Source: Octopus bimaculoides (Eukaryota). Taken from it: a DNA stretch of 64,000 nucleotides. The DNA is taken from the NCBI RefSeq assembly GCF_001194135.2, contig NC_068981.1:22585690-22649689 (forward strand). The letters run 5' to 3'. The position numbers and the translations under genes were made by a program. Numbering within the stretch: position 1 is the first letter of the stretch; every line of letters begins with the position of its first letter. The notes under the pieces are model-generated. The model was not told where the DNA came from and did no database searches. It saw nothing but the letters and a program-made list of their open reading frames with translations. Shown piece by piece: positions 11,351 to 24,749 of this stretch.

Positions 11351-14046
11351 TGTGATAGTGTAGTCCTAGATAAACTTTGTCTGGAAAACAAAATGGGATG
11401 TTTGTGGTTGAAATGTCTTTGATAATAGTTCTCCTTGATCAGCATTGATCTGGTGCTAACATCATTGTCACCATTATTTATTCTCACACCAAAAAGCAGT
11501 TATCAACCTGCTAGAAATAACAGCCAAATCCAAATCTCATGAATCACAGTCTACTCACCAAAAAGGAAGCAGACATTGGGTATTGTAGAAAAGACAGGAT
11601 GGTCATGGAAAAAAATACTTTGCTCTTAGGTCCACTTGACTAGGGCTAAACAACACACCTATTCAAATTAGGCTTACCACACTATTCTGCCTTTAAGAGA
11701 ATGTAAGAAGATACGAACGTAATTGTTTTGTAGGGTTGTATAATTAGCTGAAGGAAATTGTAAAATAACGAACACCCACACACACACACGCTTATGTGGA
11801 GAGAAAACACCTGTTAAATAGATGAATTAACTTTGCATTCACAATACATGTGCAAAATTTAATTATCCTCTCTCAGCAGGTGCCCCTTTTCATATGTGTT
11901 TAAATATAAATAAATGAAATGTGACTCCACTCTGACAAACCATTTCCAGTAAAAAAAAAAAGTACTTTTGAAATTCCAAAAGAAAAAAATGGTAAACAAA
12001 TATATAAAAAAGAATCCATTATTCTCCAGTTACTTTATTCTCAAATAAATTCTTTGTAAATGTTTTCTGAATGTGTGTGTGTTTTTGTGCCCTTGTTAGT
12101 TCACCCATCCATCATTTGACAACTGATGTTGGTTTCTTTACATCCCTTTGACTTAACGGTGTGGTGAAGGTGACTGACAGAATAAGTACCAGACTTTAAA
12201 AGTAAATCCTGCGGGCAATCTAGTCAACTGCTCCAGTATGGCTGCAGTTAAAAGATAAAGCACCTTAGACTTGGAGCTTTCTCTGTGCGAAAATCCATGT
12301 TGGCAATTTCAAAGAACGGTTGGCAAATAGACTGTAAAACCTTGTGGATTGTTGACCAAGACAAGTCTTGAAGACTTGAATTATAGGAATGAAGGTAGGA
12401 GAATCAATTTTAAATGTGGTGTTTAGAAAGCAGTTGGAAGTGAGAAAGAAAGGGCCCATCATTTGGGTCTTGAAAAGACTGTTTGAGGATTTTGAATTAA
12501 TGCCATGTATCATGGACAAATCACTCATCTCTAAGATATTTGGTTCTTACACAGTGCTCCCACTACTTCCAGCAGGGCTTGATTAAGAGACCCATAGAGG
12601 CCCTTAGCACTCAAAAGATTTTGGTACCTCCATATATAATTCGAAATGTAAACAATAATAAACCATAAAATGAATTTTTATTTTTCAAAATGAAACAAAA
12701 CTAACAGTAAGATGGGAAATAATGTTTATTTTTGTATACTTCCACTTTATCTATATTTGAAAAGTTTCCTCTTAGATTTTTTAATTGCAAAATAAATCTT
12801 TAATCAGATTCTCAAAATTAATCTTACGTAAAACGTCTGCTTCTATACTTTGTAGAGATAAGGCATTCCGAATATTATCTTAGCAAGTTTAAAGTGATTT
12901 CTTTTGTGCCATAAACCATTTACCATTTCTATGGTGCCCCCCCCCCCCCCACACACACACTTTCCTTGATGCTCTAAGCATGTGCTTATTTTGCTTAATG
13001 GTTAATTCAGCACTAACCTCTAGTGTTGAGCTGTGCTTTTTTCTATGGTAATCATAATATAGCTGAGTGGAATAGTCTAATGGAAGATAAATGTCCTAGC
13101 CATGGATATGGCATAGACTATGAACAGTGGCCTCTTTAAGTGGTTAGTGGTAAGCCAATACCCTACCATTTCAGCTAGTTTAAATTTTGGGTGTGAAACA
13201 TATATTCTGGATGACATGTTTTGAAAAATATTTGGAAGAAAGATCGAATTCCCTTGTTGGGTAAGTATATATCAGAAGTTACAAATTTCTCATTACCAAT
13301 TTTTTTCACATAAATTAGTCAATATGGGAAATAATAACAAATTTGGAACAACCATATTAAAATATCTGAATCATTAACATTTATTTATTTATTTTTATTG
13401 GTGTTTAAAGCTGTTTGAAATACAGTTTTACATAAAGCAATATTTACTAAGATCGGTGTTGGCTTGGCTGTGTGGTCAAGAAGCTCTCTGTGTAATCATG
13501 TGATTTTGGTATCAGTCCTACAGCATGGTACTTTGGCCAAGTGTCTTCTATTATGGCCTCAATCCAACTAATGCTTTGTGAATGAATTCATGAATTTGGT
13601 AAACAGAAACTGTATAGAAACCCTCTCTCTCTCTATATATATATATATGTATGTATATATATAAATTTGTAGTATAAGATATGGATTCAGAGAATCATGC
13701 GACTATCACAGAAAGCTCCTCCAACAGACTCGGCAAACAATCCACAGAGTAAACCAATCCAGAGATGTGTAATGCAGAATGTCCATACAGCTGAAATCCA
13801 GATCTAACGTATAGTCTGTGTCTGTTACCCCTCCCCCACGACACCACTAGAGAATTGGTGCTGGTTTGTTTATGTCCCTGTAACTTACTCTGTCAGTATC
13901 TTTTGCTGAGCTGCTAAGTACCAAACTTTAAAAGAAACAAAAAAAAAACAAAGAAAAATATAAGTACTGTGATCAATTTGACTAAAAAAACTTTCATAAC
14001 AGTGCCCCAGCATGGCCACACTCAAATCACCAAAAACAAGTAAAAT

Positions 14047-14375
14047 ACAAGAGCACTCAGAGAGCACAGACCTCCATCAAGGCAACACCAATGTCCTCTC
14101 TGAAATAAACTCGACTGCTCTCACAAATGAGAATACTAAAAATGAACCTGGCCGCTCTCAAAAATTAAGTAAAAAAAACAGGAAAATAATCCAGAATCCT
14201 TGTTTGGTACCAGATCGATCCCAAGATCTAATCAGTTTGTGCCAGTCATAAGGCCAAACATTTCTGAAAGTTTCATTTAAATCCATCCAATGGTTCTTGA
14301 GATATCTTGTCCACGGACAATCAAACAAACACAACTGAAAACAATACCTCTGCCTTCACTATGGTGGAGGTAATA
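14047..14375 (+). mobile_element. Non-autonomous element with subterminal inverted repeat and 3' stem-loop (HINE/Helentron-like architecture)
   Basis: ACCTCCATC (14070-14078) matches the reverse complement of GGTGGAGGT (14363-14371) at 8/9; 3' hairpin ACCTCTGCC/GGTGGAGGT. The class is inferred. Confidence 0.5.
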
Positions 14376-15654
14376 AAACATAGAGGTTACTGGAATTTCA
14401 TGTAACAATTTATGTAACAAGATTTTGACCGAAATTTTAATTCAGAAATTATTGATTTGATATTGAAAGAATTGATTTTAATAGACATGTAGTAAATCTT
14501 TGGGAAATATTGAGTAATAGATAATTAGTGTATAGCAAATGAGCAGAAAGGACTGTATTAAAAACAAACATCATTTTGGAGGAAGGAAAATTAAGCTAAG
14601 TGTTTATCATGGCATCTGGAAGATAAGAGGTTGGTGGTGGGCCTGGAAGAGTTGGTGGAAGTGAAGAGAAGAGATATGAGAATGAAGGGGTTTTGACAGT
14701 GGTTGGCAGTATAGGTAGGAGATTCAGAAGAGCAGATGTCAGTTTAGTAACTATAGACTCAGAAGAAGGTCCCAGAACAATGGGTGGAGTAATATCTAGA
14801 TTGTTTTGTCAGTATGATAGCTTTTCTAAGTGTATATGTGTTTGTTGTGTGGACATACACTTCTGTGTGTGTGTGTGTGTGTGTGTGTGTTCATGTGTAT
14901 TTACATTAGAACACACGAAGCACTGCGGCTGATCTACCGAACCAAGCTTGATAAATAAATAAATAAAAGAAATGCTTTTGCATTGAAACTTTAGGCCTGA
15001 CTTTCAGTGCTGCTAACCCTAATCTATGAAACCGCTTTAAAAGTAACTAAACTCCAGCAATAAAAGTAACTACTACTCCAACATCAAGACTGAAATCGTT
15101 GATTTAAAATTAATAAAGTGTAAAAATTCATGAAGTCGCTTTATGGCAATTTGAACTGCTAAAAATAATAGCAAAATATTCTCTCAAATCGCATTTTATC
15201 AACCAAAAATGAAGCATGGGTTAGATTGAAATGTAAGGTTGAAATTCTTAGGACTATCAACCTCATGAAGATAAATAGTTTGGCTGTATGGCTAAGTCTG
15301 CTTCCCATCCATGAGGTTTTAGGTTCAGTTCCACTGCATGGCACATTGGGCAAGTGTCTTCTATAATACTGGGATCCAAAACTTTGTAAGGGGATTTAGT
15401 AGATGGAAACTGAAAGAAGCCCATATATGTATGCAGCTATGTATATGTGTGTCTCCTTGTCTTGGCATTATGCATCAGTTATAAACGAATGGTACTATTA
15501 TACAATGTCCATCCAAGGGGAAATATTACTGTTTCTTGGAAACAGTTGAAGGTGGGAGGCAGGAAGAGCATCCAGACATAGGAAATTTACTGAAATGAAT
15601 TCCATCTGGTTTATGCAAACAGGGAAAAATGAACTTTAAAACAATAACGATTAT

Positions 15655-16040
15655 CTTTAATTTGTTTCAGTCGTTAGGTGGCTATGCTGGAGCATCACTT
15701 TAAAGAGTTTTTAGACAAATGAATTGACCTCAGTACTTCTTTTTTAAAGCCTGATACTCAGTCTATCAGTCCCTTTTGATGAATCACTAAGTTACGACGA
15801 TGTAAACTAATCAACACCAGTTGTCAAGCAAGTGGCGGAGGACACACACGAATACAAAGACACATACATACACATATATATGATGGGATTCTTTCAGTTT
15901 CCCTCTACTAAATTCACAAGGTTTTGGTTGGCCTGAGGCTATTTTAGAAGACATTTACCCAAGGTACCATACAGTGGGACTGAACCTGGAACCATGAGAT
16001 TGGAAAGCAAACATCTTAGCATGCAACCATGCCAGCACCT
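15655..16040 (-). mobile_element. SINE family B
   Basis: Reverse tail TTGTTTCAGTC..., CA tract and reverse head. Confidence 0.8.
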
Positions 16041-16859
16041 ATATATGATGATGATGATGATTTGCATACACACCAGAACATCATGTAGAAATAATATATC
16101 TGAAATCTCAAAGATGGAGATGGATGTGGTTGGAATGTGTTCAATTCTAAGTCAAGACTTATTTGGTCAAGGACAATCCAGGGATTTAACAACAACAAGA
16201 TAAATTGTAAAATCATTACCAACAAACTAATCAGATGAATCTTAAAAATAATGTCCAACACTGTCTCTTTTCTGTTCATATGAATAGTCTGATATTTATG
16301 TTCTAATCTATTAAGTTGGATTCTTAGAATCTCTCTGTCTAGAGACTTAGCAGTAGTGTTGAAATCATGACAAACAGTGATTTGGAACCAAAATAATTGC
16401 TATTTACAGTTATGGTTTTCCAAATATCCCCTACTCAGGAATAAAAAAAAAAAAATTATAGCAACCCTTTACTAAAACCAAATAACATCTGCTGAAAATA
16501 ACTCCACCCTGAAATTCTACTCCTTAGAATGGCAATTCTTAAACTATAGGTTGCAATGTAATTCTTAAAGGGTTGCGAAGACAACAATCTTTTACTTTTG
16601 AAATATTTGATAAAATGTAAAATATTCATGAATATGTTACATAAGCCACAAGCAAAATGGCTACAACACAACATCATAACATTCATTGCAAATAAAAACT
16701 GACAAAAAAAAATTCCCTGAGAAAACTACTGAATGTTAATTTTATTAAATTTTTGGAAAATTGCTTTTTGTTTAAATATTAAAAGAGGGGACATAGAAAA
16801 GGATTATTGATTTTGCCAATGGATTATAATAGTAAAAGGTTGTAGTCACCTCTCTAGAA

Positions 16860-17005
16860 CACAGAGGTGAAATGTGCCATTATTAAGATTTTTGAATGGA
16901 GAAGTTCAAGATTTTGACATGCACCAAAGAGTTACATCAAACAATGAAAAGATGCTGTCAATTGCAAAAGGTGTGACCAGATTGTATAAGAGTGAAATCA
17001 ATATA
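16860..17005 (+). mobile_element. Possible degenerate mariner transposase 5' remnant
   Basis: With one frameshift it reads EVKCAIIRFLNGE...MHQRV, similar to the mariner N-terminus 'EVRAVIRFLNAEG...IHRRL'. No TIRs found. Confidence 0.25.
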
Positions 17006-17362
17006 TATATATATATGCATGTGTATATAAATAAAACAACTGGTTTGACATTAGGAGATCCTAGTTCCTGTGGAAGATTTTAAATACCACCTGGATAAGT
17101 CTCCCTTCCAGCATCATCAGTATAGAGTAACCATCAGGGACTCACTGGGCTTATTGATTACACACACTCACACACAGTCATTGAAAGAGTCTATGCCAGG
17201 GCAGAGAACCCTATTTCATGCTAGGGATGAAGTGTCTTCATGTAAGAACTTGTGAAGTAAGGACATTTATACTGAAAAAATTAACTTTTAATTCTACAAA
17301 CTGACAGGAAATCAAAATTAGAAACACAGTCAAATCAAAATCAAAATGAAAATTGTAGTTCT

Positions 17363-17863
17363 GGCCGATGCCAGTGCCGCCCAAATGGCACCCATACTGG
17401 TGGCACGTAATAAGTACCATTCAAGCTTGGGTCGATGCCAGTGCTGCCTGACTGGCTCCCTGTGCCTGTGACATGTAAAAAGCACCATCTGAACGTGGTC
17501 GATGCCAGTCCCCACCCCAACTGGCTCCTGTGCTTGTGGCATGTAAAAAGCACCATCTGAACATGGTCGATGCTAGTCCCCACCCTGACTGGCTCCCTGT
17601 GCCTGTGGCATGTAAAACGCACCATCAGAACATGGTTGATGCCAGTCCCTACCCTGACTGGCTCCCATGCCAGTGGCATGTAAGAAGAACCCACTACACT
17701 CTCAGAGAGGTTGGCATTAGGAAAGGCATCCAGCTGTAGAAACCTCGCCAGATCAGACTGAGCCTGGTGCAACTTACTGGCTCGCCAGTTCCCAGTCAAA
17801 CCATCCAACCCATGCCGGCATGGAAAGTGGACGTTAAATGATGATGATGATGATGATGATGAT
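17363..17863 (+). mobile_element. Retroposon family A with five tandem 67-69-bp 5' units
   Basis: Units start at 17364, 17431, 17498, 17566 and 17635, followed by the family A body and (GAT)n tail. Confidence 0.9.
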
Positions 17864-19204
17864 AGGAAAGCAGTACATTTTGAATTCCTGTTGCTTATTG
17901 TGAAGGCACTTGGCCTGGTGGTTAGGGTGTTAGTTATCTTTTACTTGTTTCAGTCATTAGACTGCGGCCATGCTGGGGCTCTGCCTTGAAGCATCTTTAG
18001 TTGAATGAATTGTCCCCAGTACTTCTTTCTTAAAACCTAGAACTTATTCTATCGCTCTCATTTGCCAAGCCACTAAGTTACAGTGACGTAAACACACACA
18101 CACATGAAAGAAGCCCGTCGTTTCCGTCAACCAAAACTACTCACAAGATTTTGATAGGCCCAAGGCTAATGCAAGACACTAGCCCAAGGTGTCACGCAGT
18201 GAGACTGAACCTAGAACGATGTGGTTGGGAAGCAAGCTTCTTAACACACAGCCACGAGCATGCCTATTTAATAGAATTTTCTTTAAAGATGACATGAATT
18301 TGAGGGCATTCTAAGACTGGTGATTATTATAATTGATGTTTATTGTAAACATTTCACTGGTCAGTGCCTGCAGGATAATCTTGTGTGGTGTAAAATAAGA
18401 ACTAAAGGTGGTTGCAGAAAAATCTGAGGTCAGTTCTGATTGAACAAACATGTGATTAACCTGTCTGAAGCTGCTCCTAATTCTAAGACAGAAATTTGTC
18501 CTATTTTAAAGTGATTTAAATTAAAACCTTCAATCAAAATTTCATATTAATTCATGTTCAAACCCTCAGCTTAATAATGACTAAGTAATTTCCCCAAATT
18601 CTTAATAATTTTTAAAATAAATTAAAACACAAGCAGCATGTTTTAACAGAAATATGGCAACGGAAAGGTTACATATCTCGGCCGTGATCAATTTATCTAT
18701 TTTTCAGGCATAGTGTATCTTGGATTACATTATCTAATTTGTCATTTCGCCTTTTGCGATTTCACAGATTTAGCTGTTATTTCTAGCAAACCAAGCGTTG
18801 AGGCTTCTTCGAAAGCCTGTTAGATTTAAACAAGATCCGTTTGGCTCCATATACAAAGAGTTCTAAAATGTTTGTATTTATTAACACAGACATACTGGCT
18901 GCGTACAGTTAATGAGATGGATTACTGACCTCGGAGTTATGAGTTCAATTATTCTTACAATCGAAGAACACGATTCTATTTGCTTACACATTTCTTCTCT
19001 GAAGAGCCGCACCTAGATTATTATTCGTCTCCACCTCACCTTATGTCACACACATTTATACTCCTGTTTGTTTACGTTTCCTGGTCCGACTCATACTGAC
19101 ACAGACTATCACCAGCTTACCAATTCTTGTGACTAAACTTAATAATAGGATTACACCCACTCCTTTTTATGGTTGAGTAGCCACTTTATAAAACTGACTC
19201 CAAC

Positions 19205-19216
19205 TTAGATAGATAT

Positions 19217-19301
<85 letters not shown>

Positions 19302-19327
19302 TAGATAGATAGATAGATAGATAGATA
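19205..19327. repeat. Compound (GATA)n/(GACA)n microsatellite
   Basis: Directly visible. Confidence 0.97.
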
Positions 19328-20157
19328 TGTGTGTTGGGATCAATAATACGCCAAAATTAAATTTTGGAGGAAACAGTTTCTTTTAGCATGGAATTAAATA
19401 TGTATAAATAGATTTTTATAATTGTGTGTGTATACATATATGCATGTGTATATATGTGTGTGTGGTGGGAGAAACGTTAGTATGTGTATATGTATATCTA
19501 TGTACATCTCGGTCTCTTTAGTTCACTCGTTCTCAATCTCTGTGTATGTATGTTACACGTGTACGCTTGTATGTTGATTCACGTATGTATGTATGTATAC
19601 ATGCACATACGCGTGCGCGTTTATCCACACATCAACACGCACATTCGCGCGCGTCTAATTTCATATAAACGATGGGGAAACTTTTTTTTCCTCCTCAGTC
19701 CTTAATCGATACTCTATGATGCTAGACCCTATTATAAACGTATAATATCTGTATTATATCAGTATATCTACTAAACTGTACCAGTGTTCGCTTAATTATT
19801 TGCTGTTCTGCGTCTTTTTTTTTTCTTCATTCTCTTCTCTTCTTTCTACAACTTTACCGAAGCGTTTTTAAAACCTCATTCAGCATCATCGTAAGAGGTT
19901 TTTATATCCACTGTTTGATTATTCACTTCATGGCCATGCTCACACGCAACATCAAACAATACAGCATGAAATCTGCCTCTATCTACAACTATCATCACAC
20001 AATCAACTACTACACACACATCTTCCACCTAACGCCACCATCACCACAATCACCACACCTATAGGGATACTATAGACTTCAGCTTGGCACCCCTCCAACT
20101 CTCTCTCTCTCTCTCCTTTGCAGTCTATCTGTCTCTCTCTGTCTTTCTTTTTCTCCT

Positions 20158-20622
20158 TCAGTCACATTCAGTAAATTCTAACTGTGGTGCCGAGTCGTTC
20201 CGTGCCGGTGGTGTGGTGCCGATATCGTACTGTGTGCCATGCAAGTCCGTTTATATAGCACTGGAATCAAAGCTTGTAATACTGTGACTTGACTGAAGGT
20301 GGGACGTGACCGAAAGAGTGGGAGTAGCAGAAGACTGGTCTGTTTTGTTGATAGTAGGAGTTTTGACATCTTTTACTCTAACTCTTTCGCTCTCTTTCTC
20401 TCGCACTTACTTTCTATCTGGTTCTCCCCGCCTCTTTGAGAAACGGGAGTGGGTGTGAGTTCTGCTTGCATGTCTTAGTCCCAGAGGAAGACCACCACAT
20501 TTACTATTCTTACTCCTGTTGTGGAAACAATTGCTCTTGTTAGCAGCGTGCAACTTGCTACTCCAATGGAATGATGACACTATTCTGTAGCTGTGCCAAT
20601 TCCCTCTCTTCAGATGAACAAG
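20158..20622 (+). promoter_or_regulatory. Candidate 5' exon / transcription-start region of an unidentified gene
   Basis: A long CT tract ends in CAG at 20161 (either an acceptor or Inr-like TCAGTC at 20158), CpG-rich unique sequence follows, and a donor CAAG|GTGAGA lies at 20622/20623. Confidence 0.45.
20571..20622 (+). CDS. Candidate first coding segment MMTLFCSCANSLSSDEQ (phase-1 donor), product unknown
   Basis: ATG at 20571 is open to the AG|GTGAGA donor. An overlapping ATG GAA TGA uORF starts at 20566. No homology recognised. Confidence 0.3.
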
Positions 20623-21054
20623 GTGAGAACATTTTCGGCGAATTTCGCTTTCCTTTTCTATTATTGTTCATTGTTTTGTTTTTCTTGTTTCATGTCTTCA
20701 TTCACCCCTTTCACCCGGTCTTCTCATGTTTTCTTACCGATGTTTTCTTACTATAAGTGCTTACGAGGCTGTTTGAATACCGGTTAAGAATGTTTGTATT
20801 GTTTCTCTTACCTACACCATTATCATCACATCCATCAGCGTTATCATCATCGTTACAACCTATATCACAACCGTGCCTCCTCTTCGTACAGGTTTGAAAT
20901 CGGTGCTCTTTCTCTCTGTCTCTTTCTTTCTTTCTTTCCTCTTTCACTTCCATTCTTCCTCAAGATTCTCTTTCATTCATTCACCCACCCTCTATTCTAT
21001 TTTGGCTAACTTTGAATCGCTAACACTGGATTTTAGAGGAGAAAGTATCTGAGT

Positions 21055-21690
21055 ATTGTCATGATGATGGTGGTACTAAGAATCGTTGCTGCTAGGTTTG
21101 TAATGGTGATGGTAAAGATTATACTAAGTTTGTGATGATGATAGTGGTGGTGATGATGATAATATTAAATCAGTGATGGTGGTGGTGGAGGTAGCGATGA
21201 TACTAAATTTGTGATAAGGATGGAGGTGACGATGGTAACAGCGATGGTGCTAAGTTTGTGATGATATTGACAATGATGCTGCTGGTAGCGATTTTACTGA
21301 GTTTGTAACGATGATGATGGTGATAGCAATAATTCTAATTGCTAGCGATGATATTAAGTTTGTGGCGGTGTTGATGGTAGCGACGATGATAGTGATATAA
21401 TAATGATGGTATTTGTACACAAGTTGTGGGTTGTACTCAAGGTAATATTGGCACTGTCTGTGATAATGATGGTGACGATGAGGATGATGATGATGATGGT
21501 GATGATGTAAAGTTTGCCAGTACTATTTCCTTATTTGCATCTGGCACTGTTGATAGCATGCTGTGTTATTTGCATGGCTGCGTGGTTTATGGTGCAACAT
21601 TGCTAGTTCAGCCAAATCAATAATGTAGTGGTGGTGGTGGCGGTGGTTTTGGTTGTGAGGGTGGTGGCGGCGGCAGTTGTGGTCATTGGT
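21055..21690. repeat. Degenerate (GAT/GGT)n trinucleotide low-complexity region
   Basis: Long imperfect GAT/GGT/GTG runs. Confidence 0.85.
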
Positions 21691-22293
21691 AAACTTATGT
21701 CAAGCATTTCAGTACTGTTAAGAAAGAAGATGGAATGGAACGATGTAACAGTAAACAAAGACAGGCGGAGCAGCTCAAAAATATTTGTGAGACGACTGCA
21801 TATGTTTTGGATGTGCATATTATACTTCGCATCCACATATAAACATGCATAAGCTGACATTGAAAAAATGCCGAGCAGATGGAACACTTGCTTGTAAATA
21901 GAATAATGAAAGAAGCTTACATGTAAATATACAAACATTGTCACACTTGTCACGTCTGAGAGCAAAATTCTTGTAAAATTCTGTTGAAAGTAGTAAGAAT
22001 GCTTTCTTATTCTTACGAGCGTCAAGACGTATCAGGGAAGCAACATACGTGCAGACACATACACACATGTGTGTCATTGTGTGTATATGAATACAGGGGA
22101 GTGTATTTGTGTATGTATTTGTGAGTGATTGTGTGTGTGTATGTGTGTGCATGTATAATCGTATGTATGTATGTGTGTGTGTGTGTATGTATGGTATGTG
22201 TGATTGAATGTGTATATGTGTATGATTGTATGTGTTTGTGTATAATTGTATGTGTATATATATGTATATAAATGTGATTGTGTGTGTGTAATA

Positions 22294-22359
<66 letters not shown>

Positions 22360-22609
22360 CTGTGTGTGTGTGTGTTTAAGTATTTAATCTATTAGATCTA
22401 TATGAGAATTTCATACCGGTACATGTGTTGATATAATTAACTAATAAATATCAAAGATCTTCATTGGACATGAAAGCAGAGCATAGATCTAATGTTAATT
22501 AATAAAGTATAAATACACAGAGCATATCTAAATAATCACATGGTTCATAGCTGCTTCACTAATGAGATGAAGAACAAAAGTCCACTTTAGACAAACACTG
22601 CCAATAGAC

Positions 22610-22790
22610 CATTCAGCTGATTGGCAAAAAAATTACTGTCCATCTACTTGAACAACTACCACTCCGTAGATGTGCTGTGTCTTCTCCTCAACCTCTTGTA
22701 CTATACAACGATTGCTTCTCTTCTGAACTTAGTAACCTGCCCACTACTTTTGTCCTTGCCTACTCTTATCCCCTGTATCTCCTCTTTTTG
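22610..22790 (+). mobile_element. Degenerate CR1/L2-like LINE ORF2 C-terminal fragment
   Basis: Frame IQLIGKKITVHLLEQLPLRRCAVSS...YNDCFSSELSNL resembles 'AIRLIG...LQPLSHRR.VASL..FY.YY.G.CSSEL'. The same motif occurs at 41490-41760. Confidence 0.45.
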
Positions 22791-23830
22791 TCATTCTGAT
22801 GTGTTCTCATTGCTCCCAGGTCTTGTTGTAAATGGGTGTGGCTGTTTGGTTAAGGAGCTTACTTTGTGAGCATGTGGTTTTCGGTTCAATTCCACCATGC
22901 AGTACCTTGGTTAAATAAAGTGTCATCAGCTGTAGCTTTGGGCAGACTGATGCCTTGTGAGTGAATTTGGTAGACAGAAACTGTGGCAGTCCTTTGTGCG
23001 TGTGTGTGTGTATAAGTGTGTGTGTGTGTAAGTGTGTGTGTGTGTGTGTGTAAGTGTGTGTGTGTATATATAATGTGTGAGTATATATGTTTGTGTATGT
23101 GTATTGGAGCCTGGTATAGCCTTCTGGCTTGCCGGTCCTCAATCAAACCGTCCAACCCATGCCTACATGGAAAGCGGATGTTAAACGATGATGATATATG
23201 TATGTGTCTATCTGTTTGTCAACCCCACCTCTGTTTCACAATCGGTGTTGGTTTGTTTATGTCCCCATAACTCAGAAGTTTGGCAAAAGAAATCAATAGA
23301 ACAATAGACTTAAGAATGATTAGTACTGGGGGCAATTTGTTCAACTAAAACCCTTTAAGGTGGTGCTCCAGCATGACCACTGTCCAATGACTGGAACAAG
23401 TAAAAAAAGAAGATAGAAAGATAAATCACTCTTTTCCTGTTTCTAGAATCCCCACCCTTTCTATGCTGTTGTTTAACCCCAGGTCAGAGCTGAATGAGTA
23501 GACATATGACCGAAGGCATTCTACCCTTGATCAGCCTGTCTTTTCAAACCTAGTTTATTCCATGATTAACAGCAGTCAATATCAAATTTTCACATTGGTT
23601 TTATTAACCTTTACCCTTTACCTTCTCCTTGTTCCAGTTACAGGATTCAGGTAATGTCAGGGCACTGTCTTGAAGGGTTTAGTTGAGCAAATTGATCCCA
23701 GTACTTATTTTTAAAACTTGGTACTTATTCTATTGGTCTCTTTTGTTGAACTGCTAAGTTAAGGACTGTCAACAAATATCGGTCGTCAAGAGATGCAGTT
23801 GGGTGGACACAAAGATATACACACACAAGC

Positions 23831-23937
<107 letters not shown>

Positions 23938-24645
23938 ATGCTTTCACACAACTTCCGTTTAACAAATTCAATCACAAGGCATTGGTTGGTCCACAGCTAT
24001 AATAGAAGACACTTGTCCAAAGTGTTGCACTGTGGAATTGAACCTGAAAGCTTGTAGTTGCAAAGTGAGTTTAAAAAAAAAAAAATTTTGTATGTGTGAC
24101 ATGAGAGAAATTTGGCTGCTCTTTCTAGCAAATAGAGCACAAACTAAGGAGGTCCCTTGTTGTTTAATCCTCAGCTAGCTCTAATTAAATAGCCATGTGA
24201 TTAGAAGGCATTCAATCATTACCATTCCATCTTTTTCCTATGTGCAGGGAACCCGTCAATCATATTATCTACTGCATCCCTTTTTAAGATGGTAGGGCAC
24301 GATCAAAAAAGATTTGGTTTCTATTTCTAGTGGATCAACCAGCCATGCAGATGTTCTTGTGTTGGTTTGAGTTTCCCTCGTATATACTCTTTGGCATTGA
24401 CCTTCAGTCGTTCCAACTAAGCCTCAACCATATTGATATCAGCAGTCTGTGATGGGGAGGGGCTATCATAATTATGGGCACTGCCCGACCTCCTCTTCCT
24501 TCCGACTTATTAATAATTAAAAAAAAAAACTTCCCTTCAAGTATATATTGACCACTTGACTGCTTTTGACCAGGAAACCACAAACACATGAATGCACGCA
24601 TGCACGGGCACATACATATGTGCATTTGTGTGTATATGTTTATAA

Positions 24646-24677
<32 letters not shown>

Positions 24678-24702
24678 CATATACATACCAACTCTCTCAC
24701 CA

Positions 24703-24749
<47 letters not shown>

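Noticed and set aside
17364-17700. CRISPR-like array
   Set aside because: The units are homologous along their whole length with no unique spacers; the context is eukaryotic and there are no cas genes.
20571-20622. Assigning MMTLFCSC... to stathmin or G-alpha
   Set aside because: The resemblance is limited to a Cys-x-Cys N-terminus, and no downstream diagnostic exons (SGQ.FELIL or GAGESGKS) were seen.
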